The position numbers were made by a program, and so were the translations under genes. DNA of 61,572 nt, filler included, from Candidatus Nezhaarchaeota archaeon WYZ-LMO8 (GTDB taxonomy: Archaea > Thermoproteota > Methanomethylicia > Nezhaarchaeales > WYZ-LMO8), in the NCBI GenBank assembly GCA_004347965.1. It is 16 parts of 16 records of this genome, joined end to end, with 100 filler letters (N's around TTAATTAATTAA, not from the genome) between each part and the next. Parts side by side here need not be neighbours in the genome. Positions count along the whole stretch, not along the records: positions 58,434 to 61,572 come from QNVF01000076.1; 15 more parts are not named here. One strand, given 5' to 3'. The notes under the pieces are model-generated. The model ran no database searches, was not told the DNA's origin, and was given only the letters and a program-made list of their open reading frames with translations. This document shows positions 60,998 through 61,572 of the stretch, piece by piece. Position 1 is the stretch's first letter. The number at the start of each line of letters is the position of its first letter.

Positions 60998-61572
60998 CTC
61001 CCACTTCTTACTTTAAGAGCTATTTCCTTAACGTCATCTAGATCCAAGCAGCCTCTAACCCTTTCGAGTCTCTTGACCTCCTCCAAGACCTTTCTCGCTT
61101 CCTCTACTGATAATTCTATGCCAAAGTTCTTCAGTGCACGGATTATAGCCTTAGTGCCACTGTGCTTTCCAAACTTTATGCTCCTATCAATCCCCAAGAG
61201 CCTTGGGCTGTAGGGCTCATAGGTGAACGGGTTCTCAAAGACTGCTGCCACGTGTATTCCTGATTCGTGCGTGAAGGCGTGCGATCCAACTACAGGCTTC
61301 AATGGCCAAGGCTTTAATCCAGTAATCTCAGCAACTTTGTCAGAGAGCTTAATCAGCTTCTTGAAGTCCAAGTCCAGCTCTACTCCATAGAGGCAGTAGA
61401 GTGCTAGAGCCACCTCTTCTAGAGCTGCGTTACCACACCTCTCGCCAAGGCCGTTAACTGAAACTGATAGAGCTGTTGCTCCAGCTTCGTAGGCGGCTAG
61501 CGTGTTGGCTGTTGCGAGCCCGAAGTCGTTATGGCAGTGAACAGCTATGGGCTTATTCAAGTACTTCGAGAG
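60994..61572 (-). CDS. Homocitrate/isopropylmalate/citramalate synthase family protein, C-terminal part without regulatory domain
   Basis: HCHNDFGLA, NGLGERCGNA, FTHESGIH and GKHSG motifs; runs off the window end. Confidence 0.88.
   Translation of the reverse strand, partial: LSKYLNKPIAVHCHNDFGLATANTLAAYEAGATALSVSVNGLGERCGNAALEEVALALYCLYGVELDLDFKKLIKLSDKVAEITGLKPWPLKPVVGSHAFTHESGIHVAAVFENPFTYEPYSPRLLGIDRSIKFGKHSGTKAIIRALKNFGIELSVEEARKVLEEVKRLERVRGCLDLDDVKEIALKVRSGR

Noticed and set aside
1..61572. tRNA/rRNA genes and additional BHB introns in other genes
   Set aside because: None recognised by eye, and the other conserved genes have uninterrupted frames. In-frame introns cannot be excluded without a computational BHB scan.

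Overview
The window is not one locus. It holds 16 short contigs (about 3.1-4.7 kb, in decreasing length order) joined by 15 artificial 100-nt linkers (N-run/TTAATTAATTAA/N-run), typical of a concatenated metagenome-assembled genome. Gene neighbourhoods are valid only within a contig. The content (Rpo2/Rpo1N, PCNA, PriS/PriL, TFS, uS5/uL30, CDC48, arcadin-1, AOR, beta-oxidation enzymes, HEPN-MNT and PIN modules) points to a thermophilic, probably anaerobic TACK/Thermoproteota archaeon; this is an inference. Two observations stand out. (1) The ribosomal protein uS5 gene is interrupted by a 29-nt insertion (51608-51636) with an in-frame stop. It folds into a canonical bulge-helix-bulge motif, and excision at the standard sites exactly restores the conserved QKQTD|AGE sequence, so it is an apparent tRNA-type intron in an essential protein-coding gene. 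(2) Contig 21694-25465 carries a translationally coupled three-gene operon: a putative Argonaute N-lobe protein, a stand-alone MID-PIWI Argonaute with a YKQK guide pocket and a possible DEDK tetrad, and a CARF-PIN protein. This is a candidate new pAgo defence system. Also present: a decayed cas4 plus mini-CRISPR inside a toxin-antitoxin island, a TnpB 3' end with an atypical RuvC-III motif, a 35-bp perfect palindrome in a heat-shock promoter, an orphan arcadin-1 and a type IV pilus-like operon.
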